DNA from: Fibrobacter sp. | GTDB lineage: Bacteria; Fibrobacterota; Fibrobacteria; Fibrobacterales; Fibrobacteraceae | Length of the DNA: 64,000 nt | Reading direction: 5' to 3' | Assembly: GCF_017551775.1 (NCBI RefSeq) | Contig: NZ_JAFZKX010000018.1 | Span: forward strand, 6,761 to 70,760 | Shown: piece after piece, positions 8,984 through 19,919 of the stretch | Layout of the letters: every line of letters begins with the position of its first letter | Numbering within the stretch: the stretch's first letter is position 1 | Made by a program: the position numbers and the translations under genes | The notes under the pieces: model-generated | Seen by the model: the letters and a program-made list of their open reading frames with translations, nothing else | The model's database searches: none | What the model was told of the DNA's origin: nothing

Positions 8984-10258
8984 ATGGCAAGAGCTTTGAT
9001 TATCGGTTGTGGCGCTGTCGCCACGGTTGCTATCAAGAAATGCTGCACGGCAAGCGAAGTGTTCAGTGAAATCTGCATCGCTAGCCGTCACCGCGAAAAC
9101 TGCGAAAAGCTGGCACAGGAACTGCGCCCGAATACTAAGACGGTCATTACGACTGCCGCGGTGGATGCCGACAAGGCTGAAAATGTCGTGAAACTCATCA
9201 AGGAATACAAGCCCGACCTCGTGATGAACATCGCGCTCCCGTACCAGGACCTCGCCATCATGGACGCCTGCCTTGAATGTGGCGTGAACTACATGGACAC
9301 GGCGAACTACGAGCCCGAAAACATCGACGATCCGGAATGGCGCAAGGTCTACGACAAGCGCTGCAAGGAACAGGGCTTCAGCGCCTACTTCGACTACAGC
9401 TGGCAGTGGGCTTATAAAGAAAAGTTTGAAAAGGCCGGCCTCACGGCACTGTTGGGTTCCGGCTTCGACCCGGGTGTTTCTCAGGCCTACTGCGCCTACG
9501 CTTTGAAGCACCAGTTCGACACCATCGAGGAAATCGACATTCTCGACTGCAATGGTGGCGATCACGGCTACAAGTTTGCGACGAACTTCAACCCCGAAAT
9601 CAACCTCCGCGAAGTCTCCGCCCCGGGCAGCTACTGGGACACCGACGAGAACGGCAAGGGCCACTGGGTTGAAATCCCCGCCATGAGCATCAAGCGCGTG
9701 TACAACTTCGACCAGGTCGGCCAGAAGGACATGTACTTGCTGCACCACGAAGAAATTGAATCTCTCGCCCAGAACATCCCGGGCGTGAAGCGCATCCGCT
9801 TCTTCATGACGTTCGGCCAGAGCTATCTGGACCACATGCGTTGCCTCGAAGACGTGGGCATGCTCTCCACCCAGCCCATCAAGTTCCAGGGCCAGGACAT
9901 CGTGCCTATCCAGTTCTTGAAGGCTCTCCTTCCGGACCCGGCAAGCCTCGGCCCCCGCACGGTGGGCAAGACCAACATCGGTTGTATCTTCAAGGGCAAG
10001 AAGGACGGCAAGGACAAGACGTACTACCTGTACAACGTCTGCGACCACCAGGAATGCTACAAGGAACTCGGCAGCCAGGCTATCGCCTACACGACTGGCG
10101 TTCCGGCCATGTGCGGCGCCATGATGGTGCTCACCGGCAAGTGGAACAAGCCGGGCGTGCATACTGTCGAAGAGTTCGACCCCGATCCGTTCATGGAAGC
10201 CCTCACCAAGTACGGCCTCCCGTGGCAGGAAAACTTTAACCCGGTGCTTGTGGATTAA
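8984..10258 (+). CDS. Saccharopine dehydrogenase family protein, probable carboxy(nor)spermidine dehydrogenase
   Basis: IIGCGAVA Rossmann motif, NIALPYQDLAIMDAC, GSGFDPG, DILDCNGGDHGY.FATNFNPEINLRE, YTTGVPAM. Adjacent to speA. Confidence 0.9.
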   Translation: MARALIIGCGAVATVAIKKCCTASEVFSEICIASRHRENCEKLAQELRPNTKTVITTAAVDADKAENVVKLIKEYKPDLVMNIALPYQDLAIMDACLECGVNYMDTANYEPENIDDPEWRKVYDKRCKEQGFSAYFDYSWQWAYKEKFEKAGLTALLGSGFDPGVSQAYCAYALKHQFDTIEEIDILDCNGGDHGYKFATNFNPEINLREVSAPGSYWDTDENGKGHWVEIPAMSIKRVYNFDQVGQKDMYLLHHEEIESLAQNIPGVKRIRFFMTFGQSYLDHMRCLEDVGMLSTQPIKFQGQDIVPIQFLKALLPDPASLGPRTVGKTNIGCIFKGKKDGKDKTYYLYNVCDHQECYKELGSQAIAYTTGVPAMCGAMMVLTGKWNKPGVHTVEEFDPDPFMEALTKYGLPWQENFNPVLVD

Positions 10259-10270
10259 AAATCATGGAGT

Positions 10271-10365
10271 GGTCATTGGTTGTTGGTCATTGGTCGTTAG
10301 TTGTAATTATCGCGCCATAGGCGCCTGGTTATAAACAATTGACTAATGACTAGTGACTAGTGACC
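10271..10365. repeat. Heptamer-armed hairpin element, copy 1
   Basis: GGTCATT GGTTGTT GGTCATT GGTCGTT arm; central GCGCC-ATA-GGCGC (10312-10324); complementary GACTAAT GACTAGT GACTAGT GACC arm. Confidence 0.8.
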
Positions 10366-10397
10366 AAAACTTGAAACCTGATTCTTGAGATCAAATA

Positions 10398-12296
<1,899 letters not shown>

Positions 12297-12341
12297 TTTC
12301 GAACAGTGCCCTGGGCTTGCCGAGGGCATAGTGAAGTTCTT

Positions 12342-13229
12342 ATGATTCATGACATTTTGCCTCACGTGCTGAATAACGAATTCAAGGTTTGTGACCCCAA
12401 GCCTACGGATTTTGTTATCCGCTACGACGGTGCGAAGACTCTTTTGAAGAAGGTCGCAACTTCCGGCCAGGAAGGCGCTTCGGCCGTTGGTTACGCTATT
12501 CCCCGCGTGGGCGAACTCCTCGCGCTTGAAGGCAAGACGCTTGCCGATTTCGAAGGCCACTACCTTTTCAGCATCGACGATACGGCGTTTTTCCTGGACG
12601 ATAGCATCGAGGCGAAACCGGCCGATACTGTCGCGACGCCTGAAGGTTACGAATTTATGGGCAACCGCACTTTCCGCACCATGAATCCCGTGGAACGCAT
12701 GGGCGGCGCTACTGCGGTCCATATCGCTCATTGGGAATCGCTGAACAGGTTCTGTGGCAAATGCGGGAACGTGATTATCCGCGGTGATCATGAACGTTCT
12801 ATAGTTTGTCCAAAATGCGGGAATGTCGTGTACCCGCGCATCTCGCCGGTGGTCATCGTTGCGGTCCGTAACGGCGACAAACTTTTGATGGCCCATAACA
12901 TCGACAATCCGAACCCGCGCCTCTTCTTGATTTCGGGCTTTGTGGAAGTGGGTGAAAGCCTTGAACAGGCCGTTCACCGCGAAGTGATGGAAGAGGCGGG
13001 CCTCCGCGTGAAAAATATCCGCTATTTCGGTTCGCAGCCGTGGCCGTTCAGCGACTCGCTTATCGCGGGCTTTACCGCCGAACTCGACGGCGACGACACC
13101 ATCCGCATGCAGCAGGAAGAACTTTCCGAGGCCATGTGGGTCAAACGCGAAGACATTCCCGAGTACGAAACCGACGTGAGCATCAGCTGCTGCCTCATCG
13201 AGAACTTCCGCCGCGGCTTTACGCTCTAG
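12342..13229 (+). CDS. nudC: NAD(H) pyrophosphatase / NAD-cap decapping Nudix hydrolase
   Basis: Zn finger FCGKCG...CPKCG, YPRISP, Nudix box GFVEVGESLEQAVHREVMEEAG, SQPWPF. Confidence 0.93.
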   Translation: MIHDILPHVLNNEFKVCDPKPTDFVIRYDGAKTLLKKVATSGQEGASAVGYAIPRVGELLALEGKTLADFEGHYLFSIDDTAFFLDDSIEAKPADTVATPEGYEFMGNRTFRTMNPVERMGGATAVHIAHWESLNRFCGKCGNVIIRGDHERSIVCPKCGNVVYPRISPVVIVAVRNGDKLLMAHNIDNPNPRLFLISGFVEVGESLEQAVHREVMEEAGLRVKNIRYFGSQPWPFSDSLIAGFTAELDGDDTIRMQQEELSEAMWVKREDIPEYETDVSISCCLIENFRRGFTL

Positions 13230-13249
13230 GTTTTCTCCCTTTGTTTTTC

Positions 13250-13255
13250 TATATT
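13250..13255 (+). promoter_or_regulatory. -10 box immediately upstream of der (probable leaderless transcript)
   Basis: TATATT 8 nt before the ATG at 13264, with no SD between them. Confidence 0.55.
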
Positions 13256-13263
13256 TACATACG

Positions 13264-14706
13264 ATGAAATTACCTGTCGTATGTATTATCGGACGCCCGA
13301 ATGTTGGGAAGTCCTCTCTTTTTAACCGGATCCTGGGGCGGCGAGCCGCGGTCGTTTCTGACCGTGACGGCGTTACCCGCGATAGGCATTACCAGACGGC
13401 CAATTACAAGGGCCATGAGTTTACGGTGGTCGATACGGGCGGATTCTTGCCTGACGATACCATCGACGTGTTGGCCGACAGCGTCCGTGCGCAGATTTTC
13501 AACGCCGTGAAGGAATCCGACCTGGTGCTCTTCATGGTGGATGTCCGCGTGGGCATTACCAAGCTCGACCAGCAGTTCGCGCGCCTTGTCCATAAAGAAG
13601 ACAAGAAGGTGATTCTCGTGGCGAACAAGAGCGAGCAGCAGGGTGACCGCCAAGAAAGCTATGAGTTCCTCAAGCTTGGTTTCGGCTTGCCCCGCACCAT
13701 CAGTGCGCTTACGGGGTATGCCTGCCTGAGCCTGCTGGACGAAGTCATATCGGTGCTCCCGACTCCCGTACGCGGAGAACGCAGGGAAGAACGCCCCATC
13801 CGTTTCGCCATCCTCGGTCGCCCGAATGCGGGCAAGAGCACGCTGTTGAACCGCCTGCTGAACGAAGACCGCGCGGTGGTCTCTGACATTCCAGGTACGA
13901 CCCGCGATTCCATCGACTGCGATTTTGTCGTTGATGGCCAGAAGTTCGTGGTGACCGATACGGCGGGCCTGCGCAAGAAGGCGAAGGTCGAAGACGAAGT
14001 CGAAATCTTCAGCAACATGCGTACGCTCGAAAGCGTGCGCCGCTCCGACGTGTCCGTGCTGATGGTGGATTGCACCCGCGGGCTCGAAGTGCAGGACTTC
14101 CGCATCATTACCGAAATCCGCAAGGCGGGCAAGGGCCTTGTGGTGGTCTTGAACAAGTGGGACATTCTCCCGAACAAGACCGAGAAGAGCTTTGACCACA
14201 TGGTCAAGGAAATGCTCGAACGCGAACCGATGCTTGAGTACGTGCCCATCATTTCGATCAGCGCTAAAGAAGGCCAGCGCATCAACCGTGTGGTGCAGGC
14301 GATACAGACCGTGTATGCCAACTGCCGCCGTGTGCTGGGCCGCGACCGTGTCGCCGAAAGCTTTGCGAACTTCTTGCAAGAGAAGGCTCCGCCGAGCCAC
14401 AACGCCCGCGTGGTGTCGCTTACGCGCGCATGCCAGATCATGGTGGAGCCGCCCGTTATCGCTATCGAGACCCGCACGCCCGAACTGGTGGACGAGTCGT
14501 ACAAGCGTTACTTGCTCAAAAAGTTTTATGAGGAATTCCAGTTGCAGGGTGCACCCCTCCGCTTGAATTTCGACCAGAAGTTAACTCTCAGAAAGGATGA
14601 AGAACTTGAACAGTTTACTGAGTCTTCCAATAGCGTACTTGCTGGGGTCGATTCCCAGCGCCATATGGATAGCAAAGCTCGCAAAGGGAAAGTCGTTCGA
14701 CATTAG
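13264..14706 (+). CDS. der: Ribosome biogenesis GTPase Der (EngA)
   Basis: Two G-domains: GRPNVGKSS/DTGG/NKSE and GRPNAGKST/DTAG/NKWD; KH-like C-terminus. Confidence 0.97.
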   Translation: MKLPVVCIIGRPNVGKSSLFNRILGRRAAVVSDRDGVTRDRHYQTANYKGHEFTVVDTGGFLPDDTIDVLADSVRAQIFNAVKESDLVLFMVDVRVGITKLDQQFARLVHKEDKKVILVANKSEQQGDRQESYEFLKLGFGLPRTISALTGYACLSLLDEVISVLPTPVRGERREERPIRFAILGRPNAGKSTLLNRLLNEDRAVVSDIPGTTRDSIDCDFVVDGQKFVVTDTAGLRKKAKVEDEVEIFSNMRTLESVRRSDVSVLMVDCTRGLEVQDFRIITEIRKAGKGLVVVLNKWDILPNKTEKSFDHMVKEMLEREPMLEYVPIISISAKEGQRINRVVQAIQTVYANCRRVLGRDRVAESFANFLQEKAPPSHNARVVSLTRACQIMVEPPVIAIETRTPELVDESYKRYLLKKFYEEFQLQGAPLRLNFDQKLTLRKDEELEQFTESSNSVLAGVDSQRHMDSKARKGKVVRH

Positions 14707-15274
14707 GGACTACGGCTCCAAGAATGCGGGCCTCACCAACACGTTCCGCGTGCTCGGTTGGAAGCCTGCGCTCCCCGTGGTGTTCTTGGATTTGCTCAAG
14801 GGGTTCTTCGGCCCCTGGATTGCCATGAGGTTGTGCGAAATGCAGGTGGCCGCCGGTGGTGCCGACTATTCTAGTTGGGTTCCGCTTGTTGCGGGTATCC
14901 TCGTGATTCTCGGGCACAGCTTCACCTGCTTTGCCGGTTTCCGCGGGGGCAAGGGTGTTCTTGCCGCTCTGGGCGTTTTCCTCGCGCTTTGCCCGATTAC
15001 GGCGCTTACGTGCCTCGGGGTGTGGGTCGTGCTCACGTTCTCGACCAAGTACGTGTCTGTCGGTAGCATCGGCGCCTGCGTCGCCCTCGGCGCTCTGGGC
15101 GTGATGGGCTACTTCAAGTTGCCCTTCCCGCCGGACGATATCAACCTGGGATTGATGATTACCTGCCTTATAGTGGCCGTTTTCGTGATTGTGAAGCACA
15201 AGTCCAATATCAAGCGCCTTATGAACGGCACCGAGAACGGTTTTGGCAGCAAACGCAAGACTCCGAAAGCGTAA
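14597..15274 (+). CDS. plsY: Glycerol-3-phosphate 1-O-acyltransferase
   Basis: YLLGSIP, DIRDYGSKNAGLTNTFR, DLLKG, GH.F..F.GFRGGKGV, KHKSNIKRL. Start is ATG 14597 or TTG 14606. Confidence 0.95.
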   Translation: MKNLNSLLSLPIAYLLGSIPSAIWIAKLAKGKSFDIRDYGSKNAGLTNTFRVLGWKPALPVVFLDLLKGFFGPWIAMRLCEMQVAAGGADYSSWVPLVAGILVILGHSFTCFAGFRGGKGVLAALGVFLALCPITALTCLGVWVVLTFSTKYVSVGSIGACVALGALGVMGYFKLPFPPDDINLGLMITCLIVAVFVIVKHKSNIKRLMNGTENGFGSKRKTPKA

Positions 15275-15299
15275 ATATTGTAGATTGTATAGGTATAGG

Positions 15300-15377
15300 A
15301 GTTATTAGTTCTGAGTTCCGAGTTGCTAGGCTGTTTTTTCGAGCATTCTAGTAACTGGTAACTATTGACTAGTAACT
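15300..15377. repeat. Heptamer-armed inverted element lacking the GCGCC hairpin
   Basis: AGTTATT AGTTCTG AGTTCCG AGTTGCT versus AGTAACT GGTAACT ATTGACT AGTAACT, between plsY and gpsA. Confidence 0.65.
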
Positions 15378-15401
15378 GTTGTTTAAATTAGGAACGATAT
15401 T

Positions 15402-16433
15402 ATGAAGGTTACAGTTTTAGGTACTGGTGGATGGGGCCTGACTCTCGGTCAGGTGGTTTATGAAAATAAATGCGAAGTCTCTTTCTGGACAAACTCGCAG
15501 GCCGAAGTGGATTTGCTTTCCACGGAACATCAGTACAAGGACAAACTCCCCGGCGTGATTTTCCCGGCGGATTTCAAGTACACGACCGACATGAATGCCG
15601 CTCTCGAAGGCTGCGACATGGTGCTTATCGTGGTGCCGTCCCAGTTCATGGGCGGTGTTGCCAAGAATCTCGGCAAGTGGACTCCGGCGAAGGGCAAGGA
15701 ACCCGTTGTCGTATGCGCTACGAAGGGTATCCTCGAAGGTACGAACCAGCTGATGAGCGAAGTGCTCCTCGAAAACGTGCCGTGGCTTACCGACGAGAAG
15801 ATGGTCGCCTTCAGCGGTCCGTCGCATGCCGAAGAAGTTAGCCGCCATATCATGACGGCCATCGTGGCGGCGAGCGTGAGCGAAGAATCTGCGAAGTTCG
15901 TGCAGAAGGTGATGAGCTGCTCTTACCTGCGCGTTTACAGCTCTACCGACATCATCGGCGTGGAACTCTGCGGTTCCGTGAAGAACGTGATTGCCATTGC
16001 CTCTGGCGTGCTCTACGGGCTCGAGGCTAGCGGCAAGTTCAAGATTGGTGACAACTCTCGCGCTGCCCTCCTTACGCGCGGCCAGGCCGAAATGTGCCGC
16101 CTGGGCAAGGCGCTCGGCGCAAAGCCCGAAACGTTTGCCGGTCTCGCCGGCATGGGCGACCTCATCGTGACCTGCCTCTCGCAGCATAGCCGCAACCGCT
16201 ATGTGGGCGAACACATCGGTCGTGGTGAAACGATCGACCAGATTTTGGCCGGCATGAAGATGGTGGCCGAAGGCGTGCCCACCTGCAAGAGCACCAAGGC
16301 CCTTGCCGACAAGCTCGGTGTCGAGATGCCTATCGTGAATTCCGTCCATGCGCTCCTCTTCGAAGGCAAGACCGTCGAAGATGTCCTCAGGGACATGTGG
16401 GGTCGCGAGCTCAAGACCGAAGTCTGGGGCTAA
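15402..16433 (+). CDS. gpsA: NAD(P)H-dependent glycerol-3-phosphate dehydrogenase
   Basis: VLGTGGWG, ATKG, SGPSHAEEV, GSVKNVIAIA, GMGDLIVTC.S.HSRN, AEGV. Confidence 0.96.
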   Translation: MKVTVLGTGGWGLTLGQVVYENKCEVSFWTNSQAEVDLLSTEHQYKDKLPGVIFPADFKYTTDMNAALEGCDMVLIVVPSQFMGGVAKNLGKWTPAKGKEPVVVCATKGILEGTNQLMSEVLLENVPWLTDEKMVAFSGPSHAEEVSRHIMTAIVAASVSEESAKFVQKVMSCSYLRVYSSTDIIGVELCGSVKNVIAIASGVLYGLEASGKFKIGDNSRAALLTRGQAEMCRLGKALGAKPETFAGLAGMGDLIVTCLSQHSRNRYVGEHIGRGETIDQILAGMKMVAEGVPTCKSTKALADKLGVEMPIVNSVHALLFEGKTVEDVLRDMWGRELKTEVWG

Positions 16434-16439
16434 TCCTCT

Positions 16440-17876
16440 TTAGAACAGAATTGAAAATCCGAGATGGGCGCCAAACCCGTTTCGGAAAATCTTGCCGGAT
16501 TCCAGTCCGGCGTTTTTGTTTTCGTCGGGGGAGGTTTGTTCCGGAGTTTCCGGGGCGGAACTTTCCTGCTTTTCGCTTTTGCCCCGCTCGATAAAGTCGG
16601 TCTTTAGCGGGATTAGCTGCGTGGCCGTGGCGAAAAGCGAGAGGTTGCGCAATATGCCCTGCGTCGCGCGTTCTACGGAAACGCCGAGCCCGGCGATGAT
16701 TCCGTAGCTCTCGAGCATCCATGACCAAGATTCGTTCTCGGACTTGAATCCGATAAAGGAAGTCGTTTCCGATGCCTTGTCTACGCTTACGTCGTCGTAG
16801 GTGTAGTATCCGTGGATATCGATGCGGGGGGTAATCTTTGTGTGCCGGGTTATGTCGAATTGCGGGCTGAAATGCCCTCCGAGCGTAATGGCGGAAAGGT
16901 CCAGGTCGGCGTCGACCCGGTAGTTCCTTTGCAAGAATGAAAACGAGAGCGTCTGCGAGAGGGAGGCTGGTAGCAGGCGGTTCGGGGCGAACGTCTCGAA
17001 GAATCGCTTGTTGTTTTTCTCCATCCGGATATCGGCTTTGAGGCCGCGTGCCTGCAGGCCGAACGATTGATGCTCCCAGCGGATATCGCCGTAGTGGAGG
17101 TTCGCCTCTAGCGGGATGTACATGAACCGTTTGATGCTGTTGTCGCGGTAGGTGTTGCCGAATATGTTCGCGTCTGCGTAAAGGCCTGCGTAATAGAGTT
17201 CCAGCCGGCTTCTCTCGAAACGGTGCGCGAATCGGGAATCCCAGAACCATACGCGAGAGGAATCCTTGATGTAGTATTCGCGGTGGACGTTCTGCGGAAC
17301 CGTGCGGATTTGTTCCAGATGGGCGTCAACGTCGTTGCCCGCGATTCTTGCTCCTATGGCGAAACCTTTCCTCAGGTATTCGGTTTCCCAGCGGGCTTCG
17401 ATAAAGTGAACTTCGTCGCTGTCGTTTTCGGATTCCCAGCTGATGGTGGCAAGTTCTGGGTTCCCGCGTTCGAAAGTCGCCGATGCATAGAACGAGGAGT
17501 CCGCAGTATGCGCCGTTATGCTTGAGGCAAGGGAAGGCTGGCTGCTAGCCTTCGCGGATAGTGTAATATGCCGGAAATCGGCCTGGATGCCTGCGGAACC
17601 GATGGTGCGGTTGCTGTTCAAAGAAAGCGTCCAACCGTCATTCCATAAACCGCTGATTCGGTAATTGGAGAGGCCCGCGAAAACGGTGTATTTGCCTGCG
17701 CTGACGGAATCGTTCACGTGGCAGAAAGTACCACTCAGGTCCTTTGAATCGGAATCCAACAAAAAAAGCCCGCCGCATTGGGCGAGGCCTTTTGTCGAGA
17801 CTTCGCCATACGCCAAGGACGTTGCAAGGAAACTTGTCAATCCGAGGGCGTACAGCGATTTAAAAAAAGTATTCAC
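16440..17876 (-). CDS. Hypothetical outer-membrane beta-barrel protein
   Basis: Signal peptide, alternating amphipathic strands, C-terminal FGAHLGFSILF (terminal Phe). Confidence 0.6.
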   Translation of the reverse strand: MNTFFKSLYALGLTSFLATSLAYGEVSTKGLAQCGGLFLLDSDSKDLSGTFCHVNDSVSAGKYTVFAGLSNYRISGLWNDGWTLSLNSNRTIGSAGIQADFRHITLSAKASSQPSLASSITAHTADSSFYASATFERGNPELATISWESENDSDEVHFIEARWETEYLRKGFAIGARIAGNDVDAHLEQIRTVPQNVHREYYIKDSSRVWFWDSRFAHRFERSRLELYYAGLYADANIFGNTYRDNSIKRFMYIPLEANLHYGDIRWEHQSFGLQARGLKADIRMEKNNKRFFETFAPNRLLPASLSQTLSFSFLQRNYRVDADLDLSAITLGGHFSPQFDITRHTKITPRIDIHGYYTYDDVSVDKASETTSFIGFKSENESWSWMLESYGIIAGLGVSVERATQGILRNLSLFATATQLIPLKTDFIERGKSEKQESSAPETPEQTSPDENKNAGLESGKIFRNGFGAHLGFSILF

Positions 17877-17885
17877 CGTTGACTA

Positions 17886-19790
17886 TTAGAGTTCTTCCAG
17901 AACGTCCCAATCTTCCCAGTCACTCTCGTCTTCCCAGTCGTCTTCGTCATCATAGTCGTCATCGTCGTCGATGATGCTCTTGACGAATTCATCCCAGAAG
18001 ATGTCTTCGGTCATGTCGGGGAAGATTCCGCCGAACGTCACGTCGGGGAAGAAGATAATATTGCGGAGGTCTTCGTATTTGTACGATTCGACTTTGGAAT
18101 CAACCATCTTTCCGTTGACGAGTTCCTGGAGGGTCACGGTCTTTTTGCCGTTCTTGTCGGTAAAGTACCCGTAGTTGGGGACCTCGTTTTCGCGGTATGC
18201 CACGGCGTACTTGATGGTGCCATTGTCATCCTTGCACATTCCTGCAGGGAGTGTGATAGGCGGAATTTCCCACGGGGCGGTTTCAAGGGGATCAACATCT
18301 TCAATACCCGGGATGCTGTTGCCGAAGAATACGAAGGTGAAGCTTATCTTGCAGCCATCTACGTCGTAACGGATTTTAGCCTTTTCGTACGGGTTGTAAA
18401 CTTCCAGGTAGACGTAACCGGTAGTGCCATCTTCTTCATGGCTATCCACCATGATATCGCGGCCTTCGGGGTTGTAGGCATGGTAGCTTTCACCGATATA
18501 GCCCTGCATGTATCTTTGGGCGTATGCATGGTATTCCAGTTCTTCAGACCAGTAGAAACCGCCATCGGGGTTCACCCATTTGGACCTGTCGTTGACAACG
18601 TGGTACGGCAGGAATTTCTGGATGCCGTCGGTGTTTTCGAACAGCTTGGAAATGTTGACCTTTATGGTCTTGCCTTCGGCATACTGGATTTCGAATCCTT
18701 CGTGGAGTTGTTTCCTGATGGTGGTCAGGGAATCGATTATTTTCTGTGCATCTGCGGTGCTCAAATGGGCTTCTTCGCCGTCACCGACGATGTACAGGTC
18801 GTTCTTCTGGGTTTCCATTCCGTTCTCGGCTTCTTCCAGGCCGTACTGCAGGCCGAATTGCACGTAGGTGATGGCGCTGTCCAGCAGGTTCGGGATGTTC
18901 TTGTATTCCGTTTTCCAGGAATTGTGGATGGTGGTGAACTTGCTGTCTTTTCCGAGGAACTTGAACAGGTGTTCGAAACCGTGGTTGGAATAGTAGTTGA
19001 ACTTGTATTCCAGTTCCATCAGGGAATCGATCCAGTCGTAACTTCCGTTCTCGTCAATGTTCAGGTTTATGCTGACAAGAGCGGTAAGGCTTGCCTTCGC
19101 CACATACATGGCGGCAAGAACCGGGGCGAAATCACCGCGGTCCAGCTCGATGTCTCGGTCGTTGATGAAGTACGTGCACGTGAATTCATCATCGTTTGCG
19201 ATGTTCGTCATGTAGCTGATGGCGGAATCCAAGGACGGAAGGATGCTTCCGATGGCGGATTGCACGTCGCTCACCAAGATTCCGCGGATTTCTTCAGTGG
19301 AATTGATGGTGTAGTTGAACGAAAACTCGGCTGCGTCGTCGACGTCTTTTGTGAAGAGGTCATACTTGGTCTTGCCCTGGCGTGCAGCGAGCGTGTCGAG
19401 GAAGTTGTTGATCTTCTTGTTGTTTACGACATCCGAGATGATGGCTGCAGCATAGGCGAGTTGTGCTTCGCAGTTTCCGGGATACTTTTTGAGGATGGCT
19501 TCGATAGAAGATTTTGTTGTGGAACTCAGTTCCTGTGTCTTGTTCAGGTCCCCTTCGCCAAAAGAGGAAAAGACATCTGTAAGGTTCGTCTTGATTTGTT
19601 CGATTGTGGCCTTGTCTGCATCGTCGGTGATTTCTTCACATCCGGAAACGACATTCACCTTGGTTTCCTGAGGCCCGTCAACGCTGGTGTTGGAGCCCGA
19701 AATGAAATCGTCTCCTTCGTCGGTGGAACATCCTGTCAGGTAGGCCAGGGTGCAGAATGTGAATATGGAAACTTTGGAAAGTATTTTCAT
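17886..19790 (-). CDS. Hypothetical lipoprotein with helical N-terminal region and Asp/Glu/Trp-rich tail
   Basis: Lipobox LTGC; 634-aa ORF with coding-like composition; stop is 9 nt upstream of the barrel gene start. Confidence 0.75.
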   Translation of the reverse strand: MKILSKVSIFTFCTLAYLTGCSTDEGDDFISGSNTSVDGPQETKVNVVSGCEEITDDADKATIEQIKTNLTDVFSSFGEGDLNKTQELSSTTKSSIEAILKKYPGNCEAQLAYAAAIISDVVNNKKINNFLDTLAARQGKTKYDLFTKDVDDAAEFSFNYTINSTEEIRGILVSDVQSAIGSILPSLDSAISYMTNIANDDEFTCTYFINDRDIELDRGDFAPVLAAMYVAKASLTALVSINLNIDENGSYDWIDSLMELEYKFNYYSNHGFEHLFKFLGKDSKFTTIHNSWKTEYKNIPNLLDSAITYVQFGLQYGLEEAENGMETQKNDLYIVGDGEEAHLSTADAQKIIDSLTTIRKQLHEGFEIQYAEGKTIKVNISKLFENTDGIQKFLPYHVVNDRSKWVNPDGGFYWSEELEYHAYAQRYMQGYIGESYHAYNPEGRDIMVDSHEEDGTTGYVYLEVYNPYEKAKIRYDVDGCKISFTFVFFGNSIPGIEDVDPLETAPWEIPPITLPAGMCKDDNGTIKYAVAYRENEVPNYGYFTDKNGKKTVTLQELVNGKMVDSKVESYKYEDLRNIIFFPDVTFGGIFPDMTEDIFWDEFVKSIIDDDDDYDDEDDWEDESDWEDWDVLEEL

Positions 19791-19919
19791 ATGACCCTTC
19801 TTGTTTCTTGTTTGTAAAATAAAAATAAGAAAAAAAAGGCGAAAAGGGTGCTTTTTATCGGAAAAATGTGCTTTCCGTCAAATTTGCTGTCTTGAAATTC
19901 GAAAAAAGGGCGAAAAAGC

